Assembly (NCBI GenBank): GCA_027310405.1
Contig: DAIDAX010000003.1
Span: 1-40,257, forward strand
Source: a bacterium
GTDB taxonomy: Archaea > Aenigmatarchaeota > Aenigmatarchaeia > CG10238-14 > SCSR01
Length of the DNA: 40,257 nucleotides
Direction of reading: 5' to 3'
How positions within the stretch are numbered: position 1 is the first letter of the stretch; each line of letters opens with the position of its first letter. Of the stretch, positions 16,063-24,654 are shown piece after piece. A program made the position numbers and the translations under genes. The notes beneath the pieces were generated by a model. That model searched no databases, had not been told where the DNA came from, and saw nothing but the letters and a program-made list of their open reading frames with translations.

Positions 16063-16203
16063 TCAAACTGGCTGTGCGAGCATCTGTCTATCCAAAACTT
16101 TTACTCCGTAGGAAACGCAACGATCGCAAACATCTATAATTGATCCTTCTATGTCTGCCTTATTCAGAAAAGGAACTTCCCTCCCACACAAATTGCACTC
16201 CAT
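16063..16203 (-). CDS. Stand-alone aMBF1-type zinc-ribbon miniprotein, 46 aa
   Basis: MECNLCGREVPFLNKADIEGSIIDVCDRCVSYG matches the CxxCG...IEG...VCxxC..(F/Y)G N-terminal domain of archaeal MBF1; no HTH follows. Confidence 0.75.
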   Translation of the reverse strand: MECNLCGREVPFLNKADIEGSIIDVCDRCVSYGVKVLDRQMLAQPV

Positions 16204-16380
16204 TCCAGCCCCATCCTGATACATATACTGTAAGATATAGTTTATATAGTTGGCTAATTTTTATGAAGCTTCTTTAAATAGATATTTTTCGAATAATCTT
16301 CAGTGAAAAACGTGAGTGGTACACGGATTGTCGAATAATTCTTCTGAAATTTTATTTACTATAGACCACAAGGTGTTTCT

Positions 16381-19257
16381 ATGGGAGTGAAGGAACAGGA
16401 AGACAAAGTTATACAGTTCTGGAACAAGCAGAAAATATACGAAAAAGTAAAAAAGAAAAATCAAGGAAAGAAAAAATTTTATTTTTTGGATGGACCGCCT
16501 TACGCAACAGGCGCAATTCACATGGGAACTGCAATAAACAAAATTCTGAAAGATTTTTACATCAGATTTTACAGAATGAACGGCTTCGATGTGTGGGATC
16601 AACCAGGATTCGATACTCATGGAGTCCCGATTGAAAATAAAGTTGAAAAAAAATTTGGATTCAAGACAAAAAAAGATATAGAAAAATTTGGAGTAGAAAA
16701 ATTTATCAGCGAGTGCAAAAAATTTGCTACGGAATTTGTTGGGCTGAATTCAAAACAATTTGCAGATCTTGGAGTTTGGATGGACTGGAAAAATCCATAC
16801 CTCACACTAACAAACGAATACATCGAAGGTGCATGGTACACTTTCAAAAAAGCTTTTGAGAAAGGTTTCTTGTACAAAGGAGATTATTCGGTTCACGTTT
16901 GTCCACATTGTGAAACTGTTGTTGCTTACAACGAAATTGAATACGACAAGGCCGAAGATCCTTCAATCTACGTCAAGTTCAAAGTTGAGGGAAAGAAAAA
17001 CGAATTTCTCTTAATTTGGACGACTACTCCATGGACTTTGCCATCGAACACTGGTGTGATGGTGAATCCAGAAGCAGATTATGTTAGAGTTAGAGTTGGT
17101 GACGAGATTTGGTATGTCTCTCATCGTCTGCTTGAAAGTCTGATGAAAAAATTTGAAATCAGTAAGTATGAAATTGTCGAACGAATGAAAGGAAAAAGTT
17201 TAGAAGGACTACGTTACGAACATCCTCTGAAAGATTTGTTTGTATTTCAACAACATTTAAAAAATGCACATCGAATTGTTTTGTCAGAAAAATATGTGAG
17301 TTTGGAAGAAGGAACTGGACTTGTTCACACAGCACCTGGACATGGGCAAGAAGATTACAAAGTTGGAATTGAAAATAAGTTACCGATTGTGAATCCTCTA
17401 AAGCTTGATGGAACTTTTAATGAACAGAGTTCGATCGTTTCAGGAGTTTTTGCAAAAGATGCCGACAAAATAATTGTCGAAGAGTTAGAAAAAAGAAAGT
17501 TATTGGTGTACCGCGAAAAAGTTGTGCACGATTATCCATTTTGTTGGAGATGCAACAATCCTTTGTTGATGATGGCGGTTCCACAATGGTTTTTCAAAGT
17601 TACAGAAATTCGAAACAAACTTCTTGCCGAAAATAAAAAAGTTCACTGGATTCCGGATTGGGCTGGAGTAAGATTTGAAAATTGGCTAGAAAGTTTGGGA
17701 GACTGGCCAGTTTCGAGACAAAGGTATTGGGGCATACCATTGCCGATTTGGATTTGTGAAAACTGTGGCGAGACAAAAGTTGTAGGTTCGAGAAATGAAT
17801 TGCCAAAGATTCCAAAAGATTTTCACAGACCACAAATCGATTCTGTAACATTCGTTTGCAAAAAATGTAAAGAAACGATGCGAAGAGTACCTGATGTTCT
17901 CGACGTTTGGTTCGATGCTGGTGTGGCTTCGTGGGCAACCCTTGGATATCCTGGAAACAAAAAACTTTTCAAGAAATGGTGGCCAGCTGATTTTATTTTG
18001 GAAGGTCCAGACCAAATTCGTGGCTGGTGGAATTCACAAATGATAACTAGCATGATGACTTTCGACAGAAGACCGTTCAACGAAGTTCTCTTTCACGGAT
18101 TTGTTTTGGATGCTCATGGTATAAAAATGTCGAAGAGCGAGGGCAACATAATAGCTCCAGAAGATGTTGTTCAAAAACATGGAAGAGACACATTGCGATT
18201 TTTTGCACTTTCAAATTTACCATGGGAAGATTTCTATTTCAAATGGGAAGATGTTGATGACATAAGCAAAAAACTTGTAGTCGTTAGAAATACTTTCAAT
18301 TTTGTCAAAACATACGTATCAGATAAAGGACAGCCGAAAAATTTACAGAAAGAAGACAAGTGGATGCTTTCAAAACTGAATTCATTGCTACAATCAGTTT
18401 CACAATCAATTGAAAATAAACATGCTTACAAAGCTGCACAGGAAATATTGAATTTTATTTTGGAAGATTTGAGTAGATGGTACATAAAACTTGTGCGCGA
18501 TAGAACATGGGTTCTCTATAAAGGTTCAGACAAGAAGGCAGCATTTTATGTTTTGTATAATGTTGTTGAATCCACACTCAGACTTCTTGCTCCATTCACG
18601 CCATTTTTAACAGATGATGTTTATCAATCTTGTATAAAATATATTGATAAAAAATCTGCTCAGTCAGTTCATTTCCTTGAATGGCCGGAACCAAATAAAA
18701 AATTGATCGACAAAAAACTCGAAGAAGAAATGCAAGTTGCAAAAAGAATAGTTGAATACTCAAATGCGGCAAGACAGCTTGCAGATATAAAACTAAGATG
18801 GCCGGTTGGAAAAATTTTTGTGCAAACCAAAAACAAGAAAGCAATTGTAACTATAAAGAATTTACAAAAAGTTTTAACTAAAATGTGTAACTGCAAAAAA
18901 GTTGAAATAATTAAAGAAAGGCCTGACGGTGATTTTACCGAAGCCGTATTTGATTATGGAATCATCTATGTAAATAAAATTTTGGACGAGAAGCTCATGG
19001 AAGAAGCAATGCTCAAAGAACTTGTTCGCCACATTCAGGACATGAGAAAGAAAAATAAATTTGAAGTTAAAGAATTAATTTCGTTATCAATTGAATCGGA
19101 TAAAGATATTAGTGATACAATTCTTAAGAATAAAAAATTCTTGATGCAAGAAGTTGGCGCAAAAAAAATTACTATTGGCAAACTTTCTGGAAGTTATAAA
19201 TCTGAACTCGACTTTGAGGACAAAAAAATTTCTGTTGCATTTTCAAAAACTCACTAA
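16381..19257 (+). CDS. ileS: Isoleucyl-tRNA synthetase
   Basis: DGPPYATGAIHMG, WTTTPWTLP, SRQRYWG, KMSKS. Confidence 0.97.
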   Translation: MGVKEQEDKVIQFWNKQKIYEKVKKKNQGKKKFYFLDGPPYATGAIHMGTAINKILKDFYIRFYRMNGFDVWDQPGFDTHGVPIENKVEKKFGFKTKKDIEKFGVEKFISECKKFATEFVGLNSKQFADLGVWMDWKNPYLTLTNEYIEGAWYTFKKAFEKGFLYKGDYSVHVCPHCETVVAYNEIEYDKAEDPSIYVKFKVEGKKNEFLLIWTTTPWTLPSNTGVMVNPEADYVRVRVGDEIWYVSHRLLESLMKKFEISKYEIVERMKGKSLEGLRYEHPLKDLFVFQQHLKNAHRIVLSEKYVSLEEGTGLVHTAPGHGQEDYKVGIENKLPIVNPLKLDGTFNEQSSIVSGVFAKDADKIIVEELEKRKLLVYREKVVHDYPFCWRCNNPLLMMAVPQWFFKVTEIRNKLLAENKKVHWIPDWAGVRFENWLESLGDWPVSRQRYWGIPLPIWICENCGETKVVGSRNELPKIPKDFHRPQIDSVTFVCKKCKETMRRVPDVLDVWFDAGVASWATLGYPGNKKLFKKWWPADFILEGPDQIRGWWNSQMITSMMTFDRRPFNEVLFHGFVLDAHGIKMSKSEGNIIAPEDVVQKHGRDTLRFFALSNLPWEDFYFKWEDVDDISKKLVVVRNTFNFVKTYVSDKGQPKNLQKEDKWMLSKLNSLLQSVSQSIENKHAYKAAQEILNFILEDLSRWYIKLVRDRTWVLYKGSDKKAAFYVLYNVVESTLRLLAPFTPFLTDDVYQSCIKYIDKKSAQSVHFLEWPEPNKKLIDKKLEEEMQVAKRIVEYSNAARQLADIKLRWPVGKIFVQTKNKKAIVTIKNLQKVLTKMCNCKKVEIIKERPDGDFTEAVFDYGIIYVNKILDEKLMEEAMLKELVRHIQDMRKKNKFEVKELISLSIESDKDISDTILKNKKFLMQEVGAKKITIGKLSGSYKSELDFEDKKISVAFSKTH

Positions 19258-19312
19258 GTACCACTTTTAGTACTCCTAAAATTACTTAGAATAAAGTTTT
19301 CCAGTTCGTAAA

Positions 19313-19702
19313 GTGTTCACAATTAAGAAAAATCTTCAACTTGTATTATCGCTTTGTTCTTCAATTTTCGGAATTAGTTTGATATTTTTTGCTTCATTGT
19401 TTTCAGTTCCTCAGAAAATTTCAACTTCAGAATTAACATCAGGAATGGTTGGGAATACAGTTACAGTTTATGGCGAAATTTCTAAAAGAACACAAAGTAA
19501 TGCAGGACACATTTTTCTCACTCTTGATAAAAAAGTTCAAGTTCCAATATTTTCTCAGCTTGCAGAAAAATTAGATGAAAATGTTTTAGCTTCATTGAAA
19601 GTTGGACAAAAAATTTCTGTTTCTGGAACAGTCGATGAGTATCAAAGTAATTTACAGGTTGTGCCTCGTTCGCTTTCTGACATAGTCATCGGTGGTGATT
19701 GA
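19313..19702 (+). CDS. Membrane-anchored OB-fold protein
   Basis: N-terminal TM; VTVYGEI...GHIFLTL...G.KISVSG.V.EY OB-fold pattern. Confidence 0.75.
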   Translation: MFTIKKNLQLVLSLCSSIFGISLIFFASLFSVPQKISTSELTSGMVGNTVTVYGEISKRTQSNAGHIFLTLDKKVQVPIFSQLAEKLDENVLASLKVGQKISVSGTVDEYQSNLQVVPRSLSDIVIGGD

Positions 19703-20941
19703 ATGTTTGAACTGATTCTGTTTATGATTCTTGGAATAGTTTTTGGTACGATCACAGGACTCATGCCAGGATTGCACATCAACAACATGATCCCACTGAT
19801 GTTCACAATACCGTTTCTAACTCAAGATCCAGAATTATTCTCAGTCTTCATTGTTTGCTTCGGTGTTTCTCAAATTTTTAGTAGTTTCATACCGTCCGTC
19901 TTTTTCGGTGCGCCAGATGAAGACACAGCGTTATCAGTTTTGCCTGGACATAAAATGTTGCACGAAGGCAGAGGACTTGAAGCGATAAAAATTATTTCGC
20001 TAGCCGGAGCTCTTTCACTATTCATTACAGTCACAACAGTTTTTGCTTTTTCTAGTCTGTTTAAAACATTTTATGAAGTTAGTAGACCATTCATGCACAT
20101 AGTACTCGCTGTTATCATTTTTGCTATGATAATTTCAGAGAAAAATTTTCGAAAAATGTTGTTCGCAGTTCTGATAATAATTTTATCTGGATTCCTAGGA
20201 TTTCTTGTGCTCGATGGAAGCTTTACAAACAAGACTTACATAATGTTTCCACTCTTGTCCGGATTTTTTGGATTGAGTACAATTGCATTGAGTATTTCAG
20301 AAAATACAAAAATTCCACAACAAAACACAGATAACGAACTTAAAATTTCTTTCAAAAAAATTTTGTTATCAACATTTTTAGGATCGTTAGCTGGAATAGC
20401 TGTAGGATTTTTACCAGCAATTGGAGTTTCACAAGCTGCAACATTCATGCAAGTAATTGCAAGAGTTGACGATCCACGAAATTTTTTAGCTACATTGTCA
20501 GGAATCAATATTGGAAATGAAATATTTTCTCTAAACTCGTTGTATCTTGTTGGGAATCCTAGAAGCGGTGCAAGCGTTGCAATTGAAAGAGCTCTCGGAA
20601 GTTTAACTTTTCAACAAATAATTTTGTTTTTTGGTGCAATAGCCTTTACAGTTGGTGTAAGTTCTTTTCTGAATTCCTTTATTGCTAAACACGTAACTAG
20701 ACTTCTTCAAAAAATAAATTACCAAAAATTATCTATAGGAGTTTTTATTTTCGTTAACACAATGATTTTTGTAACAACTGGATTTCCAGGATTACTTGTT
20801 GGATTTTCTTCGATGAGCATCGGAATTCTTTGTGCAAAACTGTCGGTAAGACGCAGCAATTGCATGGGTTCGTTACTTATACCAACTATGCTTTTCTTCG
20901 CTGGCTTGAATCCTTTAATTATTTCAATACTAAGAATTTAG
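19703..20941 (+). CDS. Tripartite tricarboxylate transporter TctA-like permease (DUF112)
   Basis: TGLMPGLHIN, FIPSVFFGAP, SVLPGH, GNPRSG; polytopic membrane protein. Confidence 0.85.
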   Translation: MFELILFMILGIVFGTITGLMPGLHINNMIPLMFTIPFLTQDPELFSVFIVCFGVSQIFSSFIPSVFFGAPDEDTALSVLPGHKMLHEGRGLEAIKIISLAGALSLFITVTTVFAFSSLFKTFYEVSRPFMHIVLAVIIFAMIISEKNFRKMLFAVLIIILSGFLGFLVLDGSFTNKTYIMFPLLSGFFGLSTIALSISENTKIPQQNTDNELKISFKKILLSTFLGSLAGIAVGFLPAIGVSQAATFMQVIARVDDPRNFLATLSGINIGNEIFSLNSLYLVGNPRSGASVAIERALGSLTFQQIILFFGAIAFTVGVSSFLNSFIAKHVTRLLQKINYQKLSIGVFIFVNTMIFVTTGFPGLLVGFSSMSIGILCAKLSVRRSNCMGSLLIPTMLFFAGLNPLIISILRI

Positions 20942-20959
20942 ATTAGAGACGATTCAAAT

Positions 20960-22735
20960 ATGGTTAAGATTGATGCAAAGAAATTAAAATCACTTTTTGT
21001 AAAATTCTTCGAACAGAAAGCTCACAAGAGTATACCAAATGTTTCGTTGATTCCGCATGAAGATCCTACAGTGCTTTTTACAACTGCAGGCATGCACCCA
21101 CTTGTTCCATTTCTGCTTGGTCAGCCACATCCACTTGGGAAGAGGTTAGTTAATGTACAGAAATGTTTGCGAACAGACGACATAGAATACGTTGGTGATA
21201 CAGCCCATCTTACATTTTTTGAGATGTTAGGTTACTGGTCATTGGGAGATTATTTCAAGAAAGAAGCGATAGAGATGAGTTTTGAATTTCTGACGAACAA
21301 AAAGTGGTTGGGTTTAGACAAAAAGAAAATATTTGTTACTGTTTTTGCCGGCGATAAAGATGCTCCAGCTGACGAGGAGAGTGCAAAGACATGGCAAAGT
21401 TTAGGAATACCGAAGAACAGAATTTTCTATCTGCCGAAGAAAGACAATTGGTGGGGACCTGCTGGTGAAACTGGTCCTTGCGGTCCTGATACAGAAATGT
21501 TCTATGATACAGGAAAAAAACCACACGGCAAAGATTGCAAACCAGGAGATTCATGTGGAAAATTTATTGAGATAGGCAACGATGTGTTCATGGAATACAA
21601 TAAAATAGCTGACGGAAAGTTTGAGAAACTAAAACAGAAGAATGTTGATTTTGGAATGGGACTTGAGAGAACCACAGCTGCTCTCGAAAACAAGGATAAT
21701 GTTTACGACATAGAAATTCTCAAACCAATTTTTGATAAAATAAAAAACATAGCAGACATTGACGAACCAACCGAGGATGAAAAAAGGTCAATTAGAATTA
21801 TAACCGATCACATGCGTGCAGCTACGTTTGTCTTGGCAGAAAACATTGAGCCCAGCAACAAATATCACGGCTACGTTCTTAGAAGATTAATTAGACGCAG
21901 CATCAGACATGGTAGACTTATCGGAATTCAGAAAAATTTCTTAGAACAAGTTGCAGAAGTTGTTGTAAAAATTTACAAAGACGAATATACGCATCTGCAA
22001 GAGAAGAAAAATTTTGTGATGGGGGAACTCAGGGAAGAGGAATTAAAATTCTCGAAAACTTTGTCCGAAGGTTTGAAAAAGTTCAACCAGATTGCAGTTC
22101 AAAAAAAATTTATTGACGGCAAGGACGCATTCTTACTGTTTCAGAGTTTTGGTTTCCCAATAGAGACAACGAAAGAACTTGCAAAAGAAAATGGCGTGAC
22201 TGTAGATGAAAAAGGATTCGAAGAAGAGTTTAGGAAGCATCAAGAACTTTCCAGAGTCGGTGCAGAAAAAAAATTCAAAGGCGGATTGGCAGACACATCT
22301 GAAAAAACAATCAGACTACACACAGCGACGCATCTTTTGAACGAAGCAATCCGAAGAGTATTGAAAAGGAAAGACATTGTTCAGAAAGGATCGAACATAA
22401 CTTCCGAGCGACTCAGATTTGATTTTAATTTTGAGAGAAAACTTACTGAAAAAGAAATAAAAGAAATTGAAAATCTTGTCAACGAACAGATCAGAAAAGG
22501 ATTGAAAGTTGAGAGACTCGACACGACATTTGGTGAAGCAAAGAAAATGGGGGCTCAGGCCGAGTTCGAACAAAAATATGGAGAAAAAGTTTCTGTTTAC
22601 AAAATCGGCAATTTCTCGATTGAAGTGTGTGGAGGACCGCATGTGAAAAATACGAATGAACTATCGAAGTTCAAAATAGTTAAGGAAGAGTCTGTAGCAG
22701 CTGGAATCAGAAGGATAAAGGCTATTCTAGAATAA
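20960..22735 (+). CDS. alaS: Alanyl-tRNA synthetase, short form lacking the C-Ala domain
   Basis: LFTTAGM, QKCLR, HLTFFEMLG, GPCGP, GYVLRRLIRR; editing HTATH and CGGPH; ends GIRRIKA. Confidence 0.96.
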   Translation: MVKIDAKKLKSLFVKFFEQKAHKSIPNVSLIPHEDPTVLFTTAGMHPLVPFLLGQPHPLGKRLVNVQKCLRTDDIEYVGDTAHLTFFEMLGYWSLGDYFKKEAIEMSFEFLTNKKWLGLDKKKIFVTVFAGDKDAPADEESAKTWQSLGIPKNRIFYLPKKDNWWGPAGETGPCGPDTEMFYDTGKKPHGKDCKPGDSCGKFIEIGNDVFMEYNKIADGKFEKLKQKNVDFGMGLERTTAALENKDNVYDIEILKPIFDKIKNIADIDEPTEDEKRSIRIITDHMRAATFVLAENIEPSNKYHGYVLRRLIRRSIRHGRLIGIQKNFLEQVAEVVVKIYKDEYTHLQEKKNFVMGELREEELKFSKTLSEGLKKFNQIAVQKKFIDGKDAFLLFQSFGFPIETTKELAKENGVTVDEKGFEEEFRKHQELSRVGAEKKFKGGLADTSEKTIRLHTATHLLNEAIRRVLKRKDIVQKGSNITSERLRFDFNFERKLTEKEIKEIENLVNEQIRKGLKVERLDTTFGEAKKMGAQAEFEQKYGEKVSVYKIGNFSIEVCGGPHVKNTNELSKFKIVKEESVAAGIRRIKAILE

Positions 22736-22740
22736 AAAAC

Positions 22741-23334
22741 TTATGGCTTTGGTAGAATCATGAGACCTTCCTTTGGATCGCCTATAGCAAGATAATTTTT
22801 CTCGATAAAGAATTTTCCTACAAGTGCAGATGTTATAGCATCTAGTTCGTCATGTGTTATATCTTTCTTCTTCACATCACCATTGAATCCTAACTTTATC
22901 AGAGAACGTCTTAACTTTTCCAAACCAGCTTGCTTGCGTGGAATTTTCAAAATATCCTGAGCCGCTCCGGGAAAACTTTCTATAACTTTGTATCCCCTCA
23001 ATTCGAAAAAATTTTTCATTTTTATTCCACGTCCAGTAAGTTTTCTCATCGGTCCAAGCGTGATTGGGAAAAATTTTATTTTCATTCTTAAAAGTTCTTT
23101 GTCACATTCTCTTAGATGCGGTGGTCCTCTTTGCCTTAAACTTTTTCTTCCATTTGGTAGACAGAGCGGAGCATCAATGCTGATTACTTTCGGATTCGCT
23201 TTCAAAGTTTCGGAAATTATTTCTTCATCAGTGTGCAGCACTTTCGTTATCGAATTTAATTTTTTATCCAGTAAACAAAATCCAGTTGTCCTCTTTGGAC
23301 TGCCAGCCAAATCTATTCCAACTATTCTCATCAT
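22741..23334 (-). CDS. DUF429-like RNase H-fold protein
   Basis: IVGIDLAG, SIDAPL, R.CDKEL, IESFP, HDELDA; start overlaps the upstream stop. Confidence 0.85.
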   Translation of the reverse strand: MMRIVGIDLAGSPKRTTGFCLLDKKLNSITKVLHTDEEIISETLKANPKVISIDAPLCLPNGRKSLRQRGPPHLRECDKELLRMKIKFFPITLGPMRKLTGRGIKMKNFFELRGYKVIESFPGAAQDILKIPRKQAGLEKLRRSLIKLGFNGDVKKKDITHDELDAITSALVGKFFIEKNYLAIGDPKEGLMILPKP

Positions 23335-23792
23335 TTCACTTGTTGCAGTGCACAGAAAGTCGGTGGCTGTGAAACTATTTTGCACAAATCTTGAGTTATC
23401 ATATCTTGAGTTATATTAGTCAAAGTATCTTGTCCATAATTGCTCAGTATGGATAAACTTGGAGGGCTTTGTGTTCCAGAAAGTTCTTCTAAGAAAAGTT
23501 GAGAGCTGAATTGACTATTCGTCACAAAACTTTCAACCAAACTCTGTATTTGTGAACAATTGTTGCAGTTCGAAGGATACTGGAAAATCATCAAAGTTTT
23601 GTACTGTTGAAAAAGAACTGTTTTCTGAGCCGGAGACAAATCGTAATTTATTATATTCGTATTTGGAAGTTGTGTTTGTTGTTGATTCTGTTGAGGAAAA
23701 TAAATATATGACTGCAAAGAAATTGCGACTATCGAAGACAAAAACATTAGCGCGATAATTGCCAAGCCAACGTATTTGTAAATTTTTTTCAT
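23331..23792 (-). CDS. Membrane-anchored extracellular protein with CxxC (thioredoxin-like)
   Basis: N-terminal TM/signal, CNNC, C-terminal Cys pair; Q/N/S-rich. Confidence 0.7.
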   Translation of the reverse strand: MKKIYKYVGLAIIALMFLSSIVAISLQSYIYFPQQNQQQTQLPNTNIINYDLSPAQKTVLFQQYKTLMIFQYPSNCNNCSQIQSLVESFVTNSQFSSQLFLEELSGTQSPPSLSILSNYGQDTLTNITQDMITQDLCKIVSQPPTFCALQQVK

Positions 23793-23838
23793 AAACTCAA
23801 CTTATTATCTTTATTAGTTTAAATTTATTTTAGAGAAG

Positions 23839-24654
23839 ATGGTTCTTGAAAGACTAGTCTCAGTGAGAGATGCTGTACTTCACCCACAATGGATGTTCGT
23901 AATTGGTGGAGTAGTTTCTGTAATAAGTTTCTTTATCTCTTATCTTGTCTTTCCTTCGTCAATCGGCATGTTCGCAACTTTCTTAACAACTTTCGCCATC
24001 ACACCATTCATGGTGAACTTGATAACGTATGAGGAAGTTCAAGAGGAAGAGATGATTAAACATAATACTGGATTAAATTTTTTGACCAGACATAAAAAAA
24101 TTTTAGAAATCTACGCAGCATTTTTCGCTGGCATGATTTTATTTCTCGCAATTACCTTTCTACTTTTGCCGCAACAAGTTGTTCAACAATTATTCAACGA
24201 TCAGATAACCGAAATTCAATTGATTCGTGGTGATGTAGTCATCGCAGATACTTTTACAAGAATACTCGTCAACAATATTGGCGTTTTATCTTTGGCATTT
24301 ATTTTTTCGCTTTTGTTTGGAGCAGGTGCAGTTTTTATTTTATCTTGGAATGCCACAGTTCTTTCCTCGGCAATTGGATTGGCTGCACAGAATATTTCCG
24401 GAGCGCAAGGAGTTGCAACTTTAACAGCACTGCCTGCAGCAGTTTTGATTTTTCTTCCACACGGTTCTCTGGAAATTCTCGCATACTTTATTGGTGGAAT
24501 AGCAGGTGGAATACTTTCTACAGCAATTTCTAGAAGACAAACAATAATGTTTCGAAGTATCTTGATTGATAGTTTATCTTTACTAGTGGTTGCAGCATTG
24601 ATCTTAGTAATCGCTGCAGTTGTAGAAACTTCTCTGATTTCATTGGCGCAATAA
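23839..24654 (+). CDS. SpoIIM/DUF95-family membrane protein
   Basis: ILVNNIGV, ILSWNA, LPHGSLEILAY, AAVVE. Confidence 0.85.
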   Translation: MVLERLVSVRDAVLHPQWMFVIGGVVSVISFFISYLVFPSSIGMFATFLTTFAITPFMVNLITYEEVQEEEMIKHNTGLNFLTRHKKILEIYAAFFAGMILFLAITFLLLPQQVVQQLFNDQITEIQLIRGDVVIADTFTRILVNNIGVLSLAFIFSLLFGAGAVFILSWNATVLSSAIGLAAQNISGAQGVATLTALPAAVLIFLPHGSLEILAYFIGGIAGGILSTAISRRQTIMFRSILIDSLSLLVVAALILVIAAVVETSLISLAQ

